DNA of 43,473 bases from contig JAUCBJ010005598.1 in the NCBI GenBank assembly GCA_032718475.1, positions 1 through 43,473 of the forward strand, written 5' to 3'. The position numbers and the translations under genes are program-made. The notes beneath the pieces are model-generated. The model was given only the letters and a program-made list of their open reading frames with translations, had not been told where the DNA came from and ran no database searches. This document shows positions 24,763 to 36,440 of the stretch, piece after piece; the first letter of the stretch is position 1; each line of letters opens with the position of its first letter. The stretch is from Nemertoderma westbladi (Eukaryota; Animalia; Xenacoelomorpha).

Positions 24763-26019
24763 AAGTCCACGAAGCTAAGGAAAATCAACTACTTTCGCTA
24801 AGAAAGATTTTCCTTAGCTGAGATGGTCTATTCATAGTGGGCTGTTTTACTTGTATGGGGCAGATTTAGTGTTTTTTGACTCCAGAAAAATCTAGCCTTT
24901 AAAAGTATCCTGAAATTTTGCATGTATATACAACTCATCAAGGCGTGTCGTGTGGGATGGGTCTCATATCCAGGAAAAATCTGGTTTCCATGGCAACGGA
25001 CTTAGAAAAAAGTCTATGTATTTCAAGTCAATATTTGTAACTCTATTTGTAGGAAAACTATAGTACATATAAACTTGGGGTTTCTCAACACAACTATAAG
25101 GTCCATAGCAGAGCCGATTGAGGTTAAATAGAAAATCCAGTTACCTAGGCAACCGGGCTAAACAGATGTTAAAATTTTTAAAATGTTAATTTGAAGCCTA
25201 AGGTTAAGGTGTGATGACTTGGGACCAATCCCTACCCCCACTATATAACTTATTCTGCGTCCGAATTTGATTGTTCTATTTTGCAGTTACCATGACAACC
25301 GCTGAAAATATATGTTTTTATACAACAATTACTCATTTGGACATAGACTTCACGATAAAATTTTACAAAACTGGGTATGTGTTATCTGGACCACTAGTTG
25401 GAACTTTTAGTGAAACTCAAAACAGTCCAGAAATATCTAGTTACCATGGTAAATGGAACTTATTAAAGTCAATATCATTCAAGTCTATATTGTTAACTCT
25501 TGTTTGTAGGAAAACTGTATTAGATATAAATATTGGGTTTCCCAACTCAACTATAAGGAAGGTCCTTAGAGGAGCCAATTGTGGTTAATTAGAAAATCCA
25601 GTTACCTTGGTAACCAGGCTAAACAGATGTTATAATTTAAAAAATTATAATTAGAAACACAAGTTAAAGGCATTATGACTTGGGACCAACCCCTACCACC
25701 ATAATATCACTTATTCTGCATCCAATCTACGTTTTTCTATTTGCCAGTTACCTTGACAACCACTGCAAACAGACTTTTTAACAAATTAATAATTAATTTT
25801 GCACATAAACTACTCAATGAAGCTTCCTTGAAGTCGATGTGTCACCTGGAACCACAAACTAGATCGTAATGTAAAACTCAGCATTTCTAGAAAAGTCCAG
25901 TTACCTTGGCAATACCGGGAGTTCTTTTAACTCGGTAAATCAATGAACTGATGAGTCAAAGAGTGTTTAATTTTCCTTAGCTTCGTGGTTGCATTTCCTT
26001 TAGGAAATGCCTTTCTAGT
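24763..26019 (+). mobile_element. Helentron/Helitron2-type non-autonomous element (HINE), copy 1
   Basis: 5' subTIR CCACGAAGCTAAGGAAAAT with nearby inverted partner GATTTTCCTTAGCT. 3' subTIR ATTTTCCTTAGCTTCGTGG, hairpin GCATTTCCT-TT-AGGAAATGC, end CTAGT. Internal ~460-bp duplication. Confidence 0.85.
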
Positions 26020-26092
26020 CCACGAAGCTAAGGAAAATCAATATACAGTAGAGAAACGGGAAGTTTGATGTGATTTATTGGGACGATGTAAT

Positions 26093-27363
26093 AAATCCAC
26101 GAAGCTAAGGAAAATCAACTACTTTCGCTAAGAAAGATTTTCCTTAGCTGAGATGGTCTATTCATAGTGGGCTATTTTACTTGTATGGAGCAGATTTGGT
26201 TTTTTTTGGTCGGGGAAAAAACTAGCCTTTAAAAGTACCCTGAAATTTTGCATGTATGTACTATTCGTCGAGGCGCTTCGTGTGGGCCGGGTCTCATATC
26301 CAGGAAAAATCTGGTTTCCATGGCAACGGACTTAGAAAAAAGTCTATGTATTTCAAGTCAATATTTATAACTATATTTGTAGGAAAACTATAATAGATAT
26401 AAACTTGGGGTTTCTCAACTCAACTATTAAGTCCATAGCATAGCCGATTGAGGTTAAATAGAAAATCCAGTTACCTTGGCAACCGGGCTAAACAGATGTT
26501 AAAATTTATAAAATGTTAATTTGAAGCCTAAGGTTAATGTGTGATGACTTGGGACCAACCCCTACCCCCACTATATTACTTATTCTGCATCCGAATTACA
26601 TTGTTCTATTTTTCAGTTACCATGACAACCGCAGAAAACAGATGTTTTTATACAAAAATTATTCATTTGGACATAGACTTCGCGATAAAATTTTACAAAA
26701 CTGGGTATGTGTTATCTGGACCTCTAGTTTGAACTTTTAGTGAAACTTAAATTATTCCAGAAATTTAGTTACCATGGTAACTGTAGTTTTTTAAACTCTA
26801 TATCATTCAAGTCTATATAGATAACTCTATTTGTAGCAAAACTGTAATATATATAAACTTGGGGTTTTGCAACTCATCTATAAGATCCATATCCAAGCCG
26901 TTTGAGGTTAATTAGAAAATACAGTTACCATAGCAACAAGTCTAAACAGATGTTAAAATTTATAAAATGATAATTTGAAGCACAAGTTAATAGTATTATG
27001 ACTTGGGACTAACCCCTACCCCCACAATATGACTTATTCTGCATCCGAATTACATTGTTCTATTTTTCAGTTTCCATGACAACCACTGCAAACAGATGCA
27101 ATTTGATAGAAAATCGGTAATCTGGACATAAACTACAATATTTTCTGAAACTCAGTATATGTGTTATCTGAACCACAATCTGTACTGAATTTTTTTTCAA
27201 AGGTTAAAGCAACAGTTCCAGAGAACTCTAGTTTCCATGGGAATAGAAGTTAATTATTGACAATTGCTACTAAGCGAGGCTAAGCAACGAACCAAAGTGT
27301 GGCCGTTTGTTTAATTTTCCTTAGCTTCGTGGTTGCATTTCCTTTAGGAAATGCCTTTCTCGT
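26093..27363 (+). mobile_element. Helentron/Helitron2-type non-autonomous element (HINE), copy 2
   Basis: Colinear with copy 1, with the same subTIRs and hairpin; ends CTCGT. Confidence 0.85.
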
Positions 27364-27847
27364 ATTTTAAAATCGGTAATAAAATCGGAATTGTAGTGGA
27401 ATTCAATTATGAAAATAACAAACTAACGTTTTATATTTATTGCAGGTTGGTTCTAGAATAATTGATGAATTTAGCAATAAATATACAAAGGAGAGACGCA
27501 GAGACTATTGACGAACGATCCAAGCTACAGTATAAAACTAAACTGGCGCTGTGGGATTGTGGTGAAAATGAAAACGGTATTGATACACAGGGGGGTCACC
27601 GTCACAGCCTTAACGACGAAATCGCATTGGAAACTTCTGTTATGGGAATAGCAATGCAGATAATTCGTACAAAGTTAATGGACATAAGTTCTATATTATA
27701 CAGTATGTTTAATGCAATTATAATAATGTAAGTATCCTTTATGTATCATAGAATACAAGAAAAAGAACTGTAACATTATTTTCAGCAGCTTTATTTTCAT
27801 CTTGGGCCCATGTAAACACTTTCTGCCGTTATATATTTCACTTTGCA

Positions 27848-28057
27848 GTTGCCCCCATGTGAAGAATCCCAGGTTTTCATTAAAATCACCGGTTACAAAA
27901 GGGCTGAATCTAACCAAAACAATAAACGAAATTTAGCCGTATCAAAACGAAACGTATCAAAAAGATAAATTAAAAAAAATAAAAAATCTTCATACATAAA
28001 ATTCCAATAAAATGTCGACCGAAAAGTGAAATCCTGGTATTATTCACATGGGCGAAC
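27848..28057. mobile_element. Small MITE inside the left foldback arm
   Basis: CCCATGTGAAGAATCCCAGG / CCTGGTATTATTCACATGGG imperfect TIRs. The segment is absent from the right arm. Confidence 0.55.
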
Positions 28058-28906
28058 TTTATGGCCTTTATATTAATTAATTTTTAACGAAACAACAGCA
28101 ATAATTTTAGAACATTTTACATTTTTGATAAACTAAAAGGGGATCTGGTAAGATCTGTACAGGTCAAGGGAATTTCTGCAAGGAACTTATTATGATCTTC
28201 ACATACAGGCGATGCCAGAATGGACAAGATCTCTACAGTATGAGAATCGATAAGATCGTTATACATTACAGATCTTACAGTAGTAGAATAAAGGATAATT
28301 ATAATATTTTATTGTTAAATTTCTGAATTACTTAACGCTCGTCTATGGACGAGCCGCAAATAATCCATCTATCTACTGTATTTACGGCTTGTCCAAGGAC
28401 GAGCGTTAAGTAATTCAGAAATTTAACAATAAAATATTATAATTATCCTTTATGTATCATATTACAAGAAAGATTGTAACATAGTCTTTATTTTCAACAG
28501 TTTTATTCTAAACTTCGTGGCCTTTATATTAATTTGATCTTATCTTTCGTTTATTATTTTGGTACAATGATAAATTTATTATTCGCCTATATTATACAGA
28601 AAGTACTTTATTTGCTAACCATTAAGATTGGATCAGGGAGCCAAATGGAGTGTAAACTTGAGACATGTAAAATGTAATGAGAAATGTAAAAAGTTCTAAA
28701 ATTATTTCTGTTGTTTCGTTAAAAATTAATTAATACAGTATAAAGGCCATAAAGTTTAAGATAAAGAAGCTGAAAATAATGTTACAGTTTTTTTTCTTGT
28801 ATTCTATGATACATAAAGGATAATTACATTATTATAATTGCATTAAACATACTGTATAATATAGAACTTATGTCCATTAACTTTGTACGAATAATCTGCA
28901 TTGCTA

Positions 28907-30165
28907 CAGTAACGCTTTCAAATAACGTCCTATTGGATCCTAATAGGATCCTAATAGGAACCTAATAGGAAATAAATAACCTTTAGGAAATCACTTGGAA
29001 TTTGCCTAATGTAAGTCTACCTAGAGCGGCTAAATATCAAAGCTTAGAAGTGTCTGTCAATCAACCTGGAGGGATAGCTGAATGTAGTAAAGAGAGCCGC
29101 TTTGTCTAGTGGTGGAGTTGTATTTCCCTTCCCCTGACTTATCTTACAACAACGATACTCCCCATAGGCTAATGTTAAATATGCAAAGTACACACTACTG
29201 GCTGTAACTCAACATCTGGACAAATTAACTACCATACGGTAAAGGTAACGCCGATTGTGTAAAATAGGCCCGCCAACACGTTGAGTGAGCCTCAACAAGT
29301 AGTTGGGCTGCTAAAGCGTAATCTGATTGTAATCGGACGTCAAACTTTTAATAATTTTATTTAAATTATTGTGCGAACTTTTTAGATCTGGCGATTTTAC
29401 CATTTCCATGGTATAATAAATATAATTTATAATTAATATTAATATCAATATGCTTGGAGAGTTGAATGTGCTTTGTGGGTGTAGCAAATATAGCACATTT
29501 ATTTAGTCGCCCAGTTTTAGCCCCTGTCTAATTATTAATTAAACTAATAAATTAAAATAAACTAATATTTATTCTATTAATAATTACACAAACATTACAC
29601 AAACACAAACTCTTTATTACTCTAAATATGTTCAATAGTAATAAATACAGTGTGTGATCCTACATTTATTTGTAAGTTCAATACGATTTTAAATTATTAC
29701 AGAGCCTACCAGCCCACGGACGTTAACTATGTGCGGATGTGTGTGGATTTCATCTATTAGAGTTTATATTTTAAATATTATTTAGGTCAGAGGCTGGCAA
29801 TACAAGGTACAGTAGGAGGAGTGTAATCTTCCATCGATAACCATACCTCAATGAACTGAACACTACGCAAACTTTATGCTGAGTCTAGTCCATTCTATAC
29901 ATCTTAATGATTGACAGGATAGAGAAGAAGTAGACCAGCACAAGCATAGTCGGAGTCAGTCCACCTTCCAGACATCAAAGTAAGCGCCGATTTCCAAGTA
30001 AATTCCTAATGAAATCCAAGTCAAATCCTAAGTGCCTCCAAGTCTGGAATTTGGGCTAAATTTCATTTCCAATTAAATCCTAACTCCAATAGTAGTGAAT
30101 CAGTGACTTGGATCCTAATAGGATCCTATTAGGTTCCAATACGACGTTATTTGAAAGCGGTACTG
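28907..30165. mobile_element. Non-autonomous Tc1/mariner-superfamily element, 1259 bp, TA TSD
   Basis: TIR CAGTAACGCTTTCAAATAACGTC / GACGTTATTTGAAAGCGGTACTG with TA on both sides. The other foldback arm shows the empty site (GCATTGC-TA-TTCCC). Subterminal GGATCCTAATA repeats. Confidence 0.92.
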
Positions 30166-30597
30166 TATTCCCACAGCAGAAGTTTCCAATAATGCGATTT
30201 CGTCGTTAAGGCTGTGACGGTGACCCTCCTATGTATCAATACCGTTTTCATTTTCACCGCAATCCCACAGCGCCAGTTTAGTTTGTACTGTAGCTTAGTT
30301 TGGAGGCTTTGATGCGTGGTATGTGTAGACATCTATAGGTATCTGGATCGTTCGTCAATAGTTTCTGTGTCTCTCCTTTGTATATTTATTGCTAAATTCA
30401 TCAATTATTCTAGAATCAACCTGCAATAAAAATAAAATGTTAGTTAGTTATTTTCATAATTGCAGGGCAGTGATGGCAAAATACAGCACGAGTACATGCA
30501 ACTTTTAAAAGTTCATATCTCAGCAATTCCTCAAAGAAGTTCAGAGTTTGTTACTGTACATATTGTAATTTGTGGAAGATAGGTGCCATACAGTATA

Positions 30598-30790
30598 GTT
30601 TGGTGTAAGTTGGATGCTGTTGTGTTGAACGTTGAAGTTGGGTGTATTTGCAGAGTTGGGTGTAGATGGGTGGTATATAGTTGGGTGTAGTAGGTGAAAG
30701 TTGGGTGTAGCTGTGTAGTTGGGTGGTAGTTGGGTGAAAGTTGGGTGTAGTTGGGTGAAAGTTGGGTGTAGCTGGGTGTAGTTGGGTGAT
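30598..30790. repeat. Degenerate 10-bp array (GTTGGGTGTA)n
   Basis: Seen directly, just inside the right MULE TIR. Confidence 0.85.
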
Positions 30791-31749
30791 TAGGCTGACC
30801 CTACTGGACTATGCCTATAGGTATTTCAGCAATAACTATCTGACTATTGCGTTTTGGATTACAATTAATTACATCCACACAGACAAACAGGCATACAAAC
30901 AGACAACAACAAAAAACCGCAATGATAATTACCTTTGCAGGCATTTCATATATATGCCGTATGTTTTTGTCTGTTTTTGTGTGTTTTTGTATGTTTTTGT
31001 GTGTTTTTGTGTGTTTTTGTGAGTTTTTGTGTGTTTTTGTGTGTTTTTGTGAGTTTTTGTGTGTTTTTGTGTGTTTTTGGTGTAAATAGACGTCCCCCTA
31101 ATTACAAACTTATGATACACAGGTTAAAAAAAATACAATATGATAAAAACGTGATAAAATAATTGTTCACCAATTTGGCCATCATACAACGAATAAAATT
31201 CAACTTACTAAATGTTAAAAGAGAAGCCATATGCCGAGGCCCAGGCCTATGAATTCGTAAACATAACTTACTGTACAGCTGTACTGTGTACTGTCAGCCA
31301 CTCGGCTGTCACACTCCCCAATCAGCGCCGCACTTCTCCCGGTGTGCTTCTCTCCGTGTGCTTCTCCATATGCTGATATGGTTGGACGTTACAAACCCTA
31401 TACTGCTATACAGCTATAGGACTAGATACCGGTACTAGATCCATGCAACCATTATACAGTAGTAGTACATGGTCAGATGGTAGCGTAGAACTACATACAC
31501 CTGTACAGCACACTGCCCATCCCATCCCACTGTCCCAGATGCGTTCAGGGTACCGGTACTTAATACTGCAATGTTATGCACCACTGTTATGCTACCTGCC
31601 TACTTCGGAACTTCAACCTTTTCACCTTTCTTTGCAAACCTCATAATCCTGACAACATCCAGACTGTCTGGACGATGTCTGGACCAGACATCGCTCTGTC
31701 TGTCTGTTGAGTACCGGTAGTTGAGGCCTGGCTGCCTGGGGACTGGCCG

Positions 31750-32204
31750 ACTGGTTAAGAATAGGGGACCACCCTCCTGAATGCAGACAGCTTTCTCCAT
31801 TTTTTTGCAATTTTCTGATATTTTCTTTTGTTGTTTCAAATCGTTTATTTGACAGTTTGAATTGAAGTAGAAGCTTGAGTAACCAATAATTACGAATTAT
31901 ATTTATTTATTTATCAAGCACAGGTTGACAAGTAAAAAAACATTACCAGTATAGGTGTATTAGTACCGGTACGAAAAGTGTTGGTACTAATACACCTACC
32001 GGTAAGGTTTTTTACTTAACGTGCTTGATATATAAATAAATATAATTCGTAAATCGTTTATTGTTTTGGTTCCTTCTGGTTCTGGCTACCACTGTAACCT
32101 GCTCCTTTACTTTTCAATTTTTTTTGTGATTTTGTGTGATTGTTGTGATTCTGAAATCAGCATTCAGGAGGGCTGGAGGGTCGGGTCCCCTATTCTTAAC
32201 CAGT
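31750..32204. mobile_element. MITE with TIRs and internal palindrome
   Basis: ACTGGTTAAGAATAGGGGACC..CCCTCCTGAATGC / GCATTCAGGAGGG..GGTCCCCTATTCTTAACCAGT. Inner inverted repeat at 31890-32052. Confidence 0.8.
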
Positions 32205-32619
32205 GCTGAGGGGTGACGTGGTGATACATTCCAATTCCATGGAGATATCACACTAGACTAGTAATATAGTAATTGATCCCCAACTTTAAGTCATGAGCCT
32301 CTAATCCTGGAATCTAAGTGTAATTTCCGAAATTATTAATTTTGGCCTTTGTCCCTTTGCTGCTTTGGGCCAATGGCAATAAGTCAGAAATTCTACAGCT
32401 TTCTTCAAAGCTCATCCAACTACAGAACTAATAGTTGAATTTGAAAGTGTCGGATTTATAATATTATTGGATAGTATATTATTTTCACCTAAGAACTTCC
32501 TTACTTACTTACTGTTACTGATAACTGAGTACGGTGTTTATGAGTGCCTGGTTCCTGGCTAATAACATATCTGAAAATAATTAGAGCTTAATTATGTGAG
32601 GAGAGAGAGGGCCCCTTAG

Positions 32620-35600
32620 TAAAGTGTTTCATTTTAAAAAAAAGTTTGAATTTCGCATGTGCTCATGGCTAATCTTGGTCATTGCTGCATTGACCCACAC
32701 TGACTTAAAAATTATATTGAAGCAACTTCTGAAAGTGAATTTTTCAGATGGAGCATAACCCATAGTGTTTTTCAATTAGACCGCGATACGGAATAATGTT
32801 CCGATACGATATAAAGAATGTGATAGAAGATTTACATGAATCTCTAACATCTAATGATGCATAATTGTAAACCTTTTGATTCAAAAATGAGCTTTCTGAT
32901 AACATGAGTACAAATATGTAATTTGTAATACGTTTAAATACGTTTACTATTTAAACAAGTGACTGACAGTCTTACAGTTTGTAAAGATATCAATTTGTAT
33001 TATTTAGTTGATTAAGGGAATGAAGACTTAGTAAAGGTTATGTTTAGTCTTTTATTCTCATCAGCAACAACCAACAATGCCTGTAACATTTCCTCATCTG
33101 TAGTTATGCCACTTTTAATAAACTTTGATACAGCTCCTCCAACACCTCGTTCAGCTGGATCATTAACTACAGTCACCTTGTCTATAATCATTTTAGCATG
33201 TTTATATTCTGAGCTAGATGGCCAGTCAGGTTTAGTGAAAAATGATGTGTCGATCTTCAACTTCTTAAATAGAAACAAACTCCTCTTCGAAACAAACTCA
33301 GGCAGCTTTTTGTCTACTGCTGACCCTGCGATACCTGCACTGACTCTCACAGATCTCACTGATGGTTGAGCATCATCTATATCAAGAGCATCCAACATTG
33401 CCTTCTTCTCTTCAATAGTTACTTTATTTGAGAATAGGGAAAGGCACACTAGTTCACTACTCAAATACCATAAGTGACGATTTAAGGCTTTCATGGCAGT
33501 TGTGGCAACTGTTGTATTTACCTTCTCATATTCCTTCAAATCTCTTAGCATTAACAGATCGTTAATTGGAGCATCAGCAGCTGACATACACTGGAGCCAG
33601 TACTTTGCATACACGAATACAACAAACATCACAAAATTTCTAAGAGAGTCTTCCTCCTTCGCTGTGATTAGCTTGCTCTCTCTTAGCTGGTTTCGAAATA
33701 AGTACATTAGCATGCTGTAATTGGCCTTTGCCATCCAGCGGGCATCACTCACAGCACCTGGTCTTGTAAATTGTACCTGATTGCTGCTCCTTGGAACCTC
33801 AGCACCTAGTACAGTCAAAGCTAATTCCAGAAGTACTTTGTAATCATTTCTTGGTTGTTTCACAAGAAGCATTGGTTCTAACAAAGTCACTGCTTCCGAA
33901 ATAAGTGTTTTATCCACAGTTACATTATCATCATGAGTTAGGGTTGAGTAGTCATTCAGAATCAAGTGGTCCCAGTTTGATTGGAATCGTTTAAACAACA
34001 GTATTTCAGGCCCTGAGCTCGCTGGAAATTTACAGGCATTCTGGAAAACATCTCCAAGAACAACTTCCATGATATGATGACGACATGCCAGGTTAAGAAG
34101 TTCTCTATTTAGCTTTTGTTCTAGGATAACACATGCTTCTCTACCTGCTCCTGTGTTAGAAGATGTTGTATCGAAACACATCCCTTCAACCTTATCAGCA
34201 ATATCTCTAGCATTGAGTGCTATCAGTGTAGCTTCAGCCTGTGCTAAACCAGTTCCACTGCTAACCTTTGGTGCAGATATCATTTCTGAAAAAGTCTCAG
34301 GTACATTATCAGTATCCAATTTAACACCAGTTATTATCACAGGTATTCTATCAATTTTGCCAGTAAAACCCTTTCCGAGGTTTGGGAGAATTTTCCCATC
34401 CCAGTGAACTATACAGGGATCTGGACATCGATCTTTAAATGTTTCCACAATTCTAGATGCATTCTCTAGGCCTATACGATTCTTCACCCGGTGTCTGTAT
34501 ACAGTTGAATGGGAAGCCGATTTAAAATTCGAGACATCACAGCTTAAGCTTTTGGAAACAGTTGCACTTAGTGTCCATAACTGGCGAGTACTTATTGCAT
34601 GTCTATCTGCCAAGCTGTATACTTCCGGAGACAGAAACTTCGACTTCTTTGGAGCATCAGAATCAGGCGTTTTTGAAACTGTCTTAGCGATGTAATCGCT
34701 GGCAATGAAGTCTTGACTTGACTTATTGTTTTATTTATTTAATAATTGTCGATAAACATACCCTGGTAAGTCAGGATCATCTTCATCAGTCTGAGAACTC
34801 TCGCAAGATGAAGTTGTTGCAATGTCTTCATTAATACTACATATCACCTCACCTTCGTTGCTATCATTACTTCTAGTTCGTTTCAATCTACGTTGTCTCT
34901 GTAAATCGCGAAAAACATCCTCCCAATCGATGCCAGACGATCCTAACACCATTTTTCCTTTCCTGACTCCTCTTTGATCCAACAGAAAATTCCTAAATAT
35001 GTATAATAAGCAAAAATAAGGACGGTGTATTACTTACACAATAATATAATGCGTGTTGTATATTAAATTGATATATATATATATGTTATGTTCATGATGT
35101 TACATGAATAATGATAATTATGAATTTTATACCAAAAAGAGTTTTTAAAAGGTATATAAATCTATAAGTTTATGCGTTTCTATTAAATGGTAGCTATTGC
35201 TGGTCATTAATATAACTCAATTCAGATATGATTTCAGTCCAACCAAACACCAACAAATACTGCTTAATACTTACTTGTCTTCTTCAATCTTGATAAGTTT
35301 CAACGCATTTGTTTTAGCAACATCGAATAACAAAGACATTTTTGTTTGAAATTCAACCAGTTTGTCCTTGGTAGATGCTGAAGGGTCACGGCGAGACACA
35401 GTCTTCTTTAGTTTGTTATATTCGTCATATAACTTGGTCAGCACTCTAACAATATTCTTGTGATCTTGAACTGGTATTTTGGCATTATTCCAAACAATGA
35501 TGGTGTTGGTAGCCGTGGCTGCTATTCCATTTGATAGGTATCCTTTGGACTTACCACCAGGGCCTTCTTTTTGTCTTAAAAACAGTACGGATTTCAGTAC

Positions 35601-36306
35601 TTCAGCATTAGTTGGCAGTTGTCTTGTCTTTGCTGGATTGAAATCGGTACAGGACCCAAGTAACCATTCTGTTACATCAGATCGCAAATGCAATGCTGAC
35701 ATTGTCCAGTATTATAGTATTAATCTTTGTATTATACTGTTATATTAATAAATTATTATTTATATTAATAAGTGTACCGGTATATGATGTTTGAGGGGTG
35801 GAGTAGGCCTACTAAGTACAGCAGTAGAACTACAATATTGCTGTGGAGGTTGCTTATTTCAGTACCTGCAGTAGGTATAGACAAGGAACATAAATTCAGC
35901 AATTAGGAAATGAACGAATACAGTGTCTGTGTAATGTGCCAGTTCATGTCAGTGTATGCATGGCCTTCGGAGTGGCTGGGTTGAGCAAATCTTGACAAAG
36001 ACTGAATTTTGACTTAAATTTTGCATGCTCTCTATCTAATTTGATCATTATTTTTCAAATGAGCTCAAATTTCGATTCATTGCTCTTCCTGATGTGATTT
36101 ACCTAAAATTACAACCATCGCGTAGCCATATTATCCCATCGCTCGAAATGTCAATCTTCAAGAGGCTTGCTCTATCTGAAAAATTAAGTTTGAGACCTAC
36201 TTGTAATGATTTTTTTTGCTCAAATAGGTGTAATGCACCAAACTAGCCTTGAGGAAATAGAAAATTCCAAGATTTTTTTTTCGTCTATAGGAAGTGAAAC
36301 ACTCTA
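32620..36306 (-). mobile_element. Full-length hAT-superfamily (hATm-like) DNA transposon, 3687 bp
   Basis: TIR TAAAGTGTTTCA / TGAAACACTCTA (11/12 match). CCTTAG directly flanks both ends (32614-32619 and 36307-36312). Encloses a three-exon transposase gene. Confidence 0.88.
33012..35702 (-). CDS. hAT (hATm-like) transposase, join(35702-35275, 34992-34762, 34698-33012), predicted 781 aa
   Basis: VHWDGK, MCFDTTSSNTG, LACRHH, ARWMAK and VNDPAERG motifs (DDE triad plus CxxH). Two GT-AG phase-2 introns (282 and 63 bp) join the three ORF pieces in frame: EEDK/NFLLDQR and DLPG/DYIAK. Total 2346 nt with no internal stop. Confidence 0.9.
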
Positions 36307-36440
36307 CCTTAGTCAGTTTTGCAGTTACCGGTAGGTGATTTTACTGAGTTTTGATGTCTTGACTTTATAAGCCTCCTACCAAACAGGATTGAGACAAAAG
36401 AAACATTAAGTTAACTAGGTTAGGTAATTAATAGTAAAAC

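Larger units (their letters stand above)
27404..30462. mobile_element. Long foldback element with interrupted arms and central hairpin
   Basis: 27404-27650 = revcomp 30166-30462; 27650-27795 = revcomp 28760-28906; 28056-28124 = revcomp 28682-28756; central palindrome 28289-28452. True ends and TSD not identified. Confidence 0.85.
23775..31097. mobile_element. 7.3-kb non-autonomous Mutator-like (foldback-type) element, 9-bp TSD CTAATTACA
   Basis: ~300-bp TIRs starting GGGGACGTCTATTTACACC with (CACAAAAACA)n arrays (23775-~24090 and ~30802-31097). CTAATTACA at 23766-23774 and 31098-31106. No transposase ORF found inside. Confidence 0.92.

Noticed and set aside
30598-30790. Telomere-like G-rich repeat
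   Set aside because: Unit is a degenerate 10-mer GTTGGGTGTA, not TTAGGG or TTAGG, and it lies inside a transposon.
30762-31162. ORFs over (TGTGTTTTTG)n
   Set aside because: Subterminal array of the MULE TIR.
33040-35748. Plus-strand ORFs of 75-109 aa
   Set aside because: Antisense shadows of the transposase exons.
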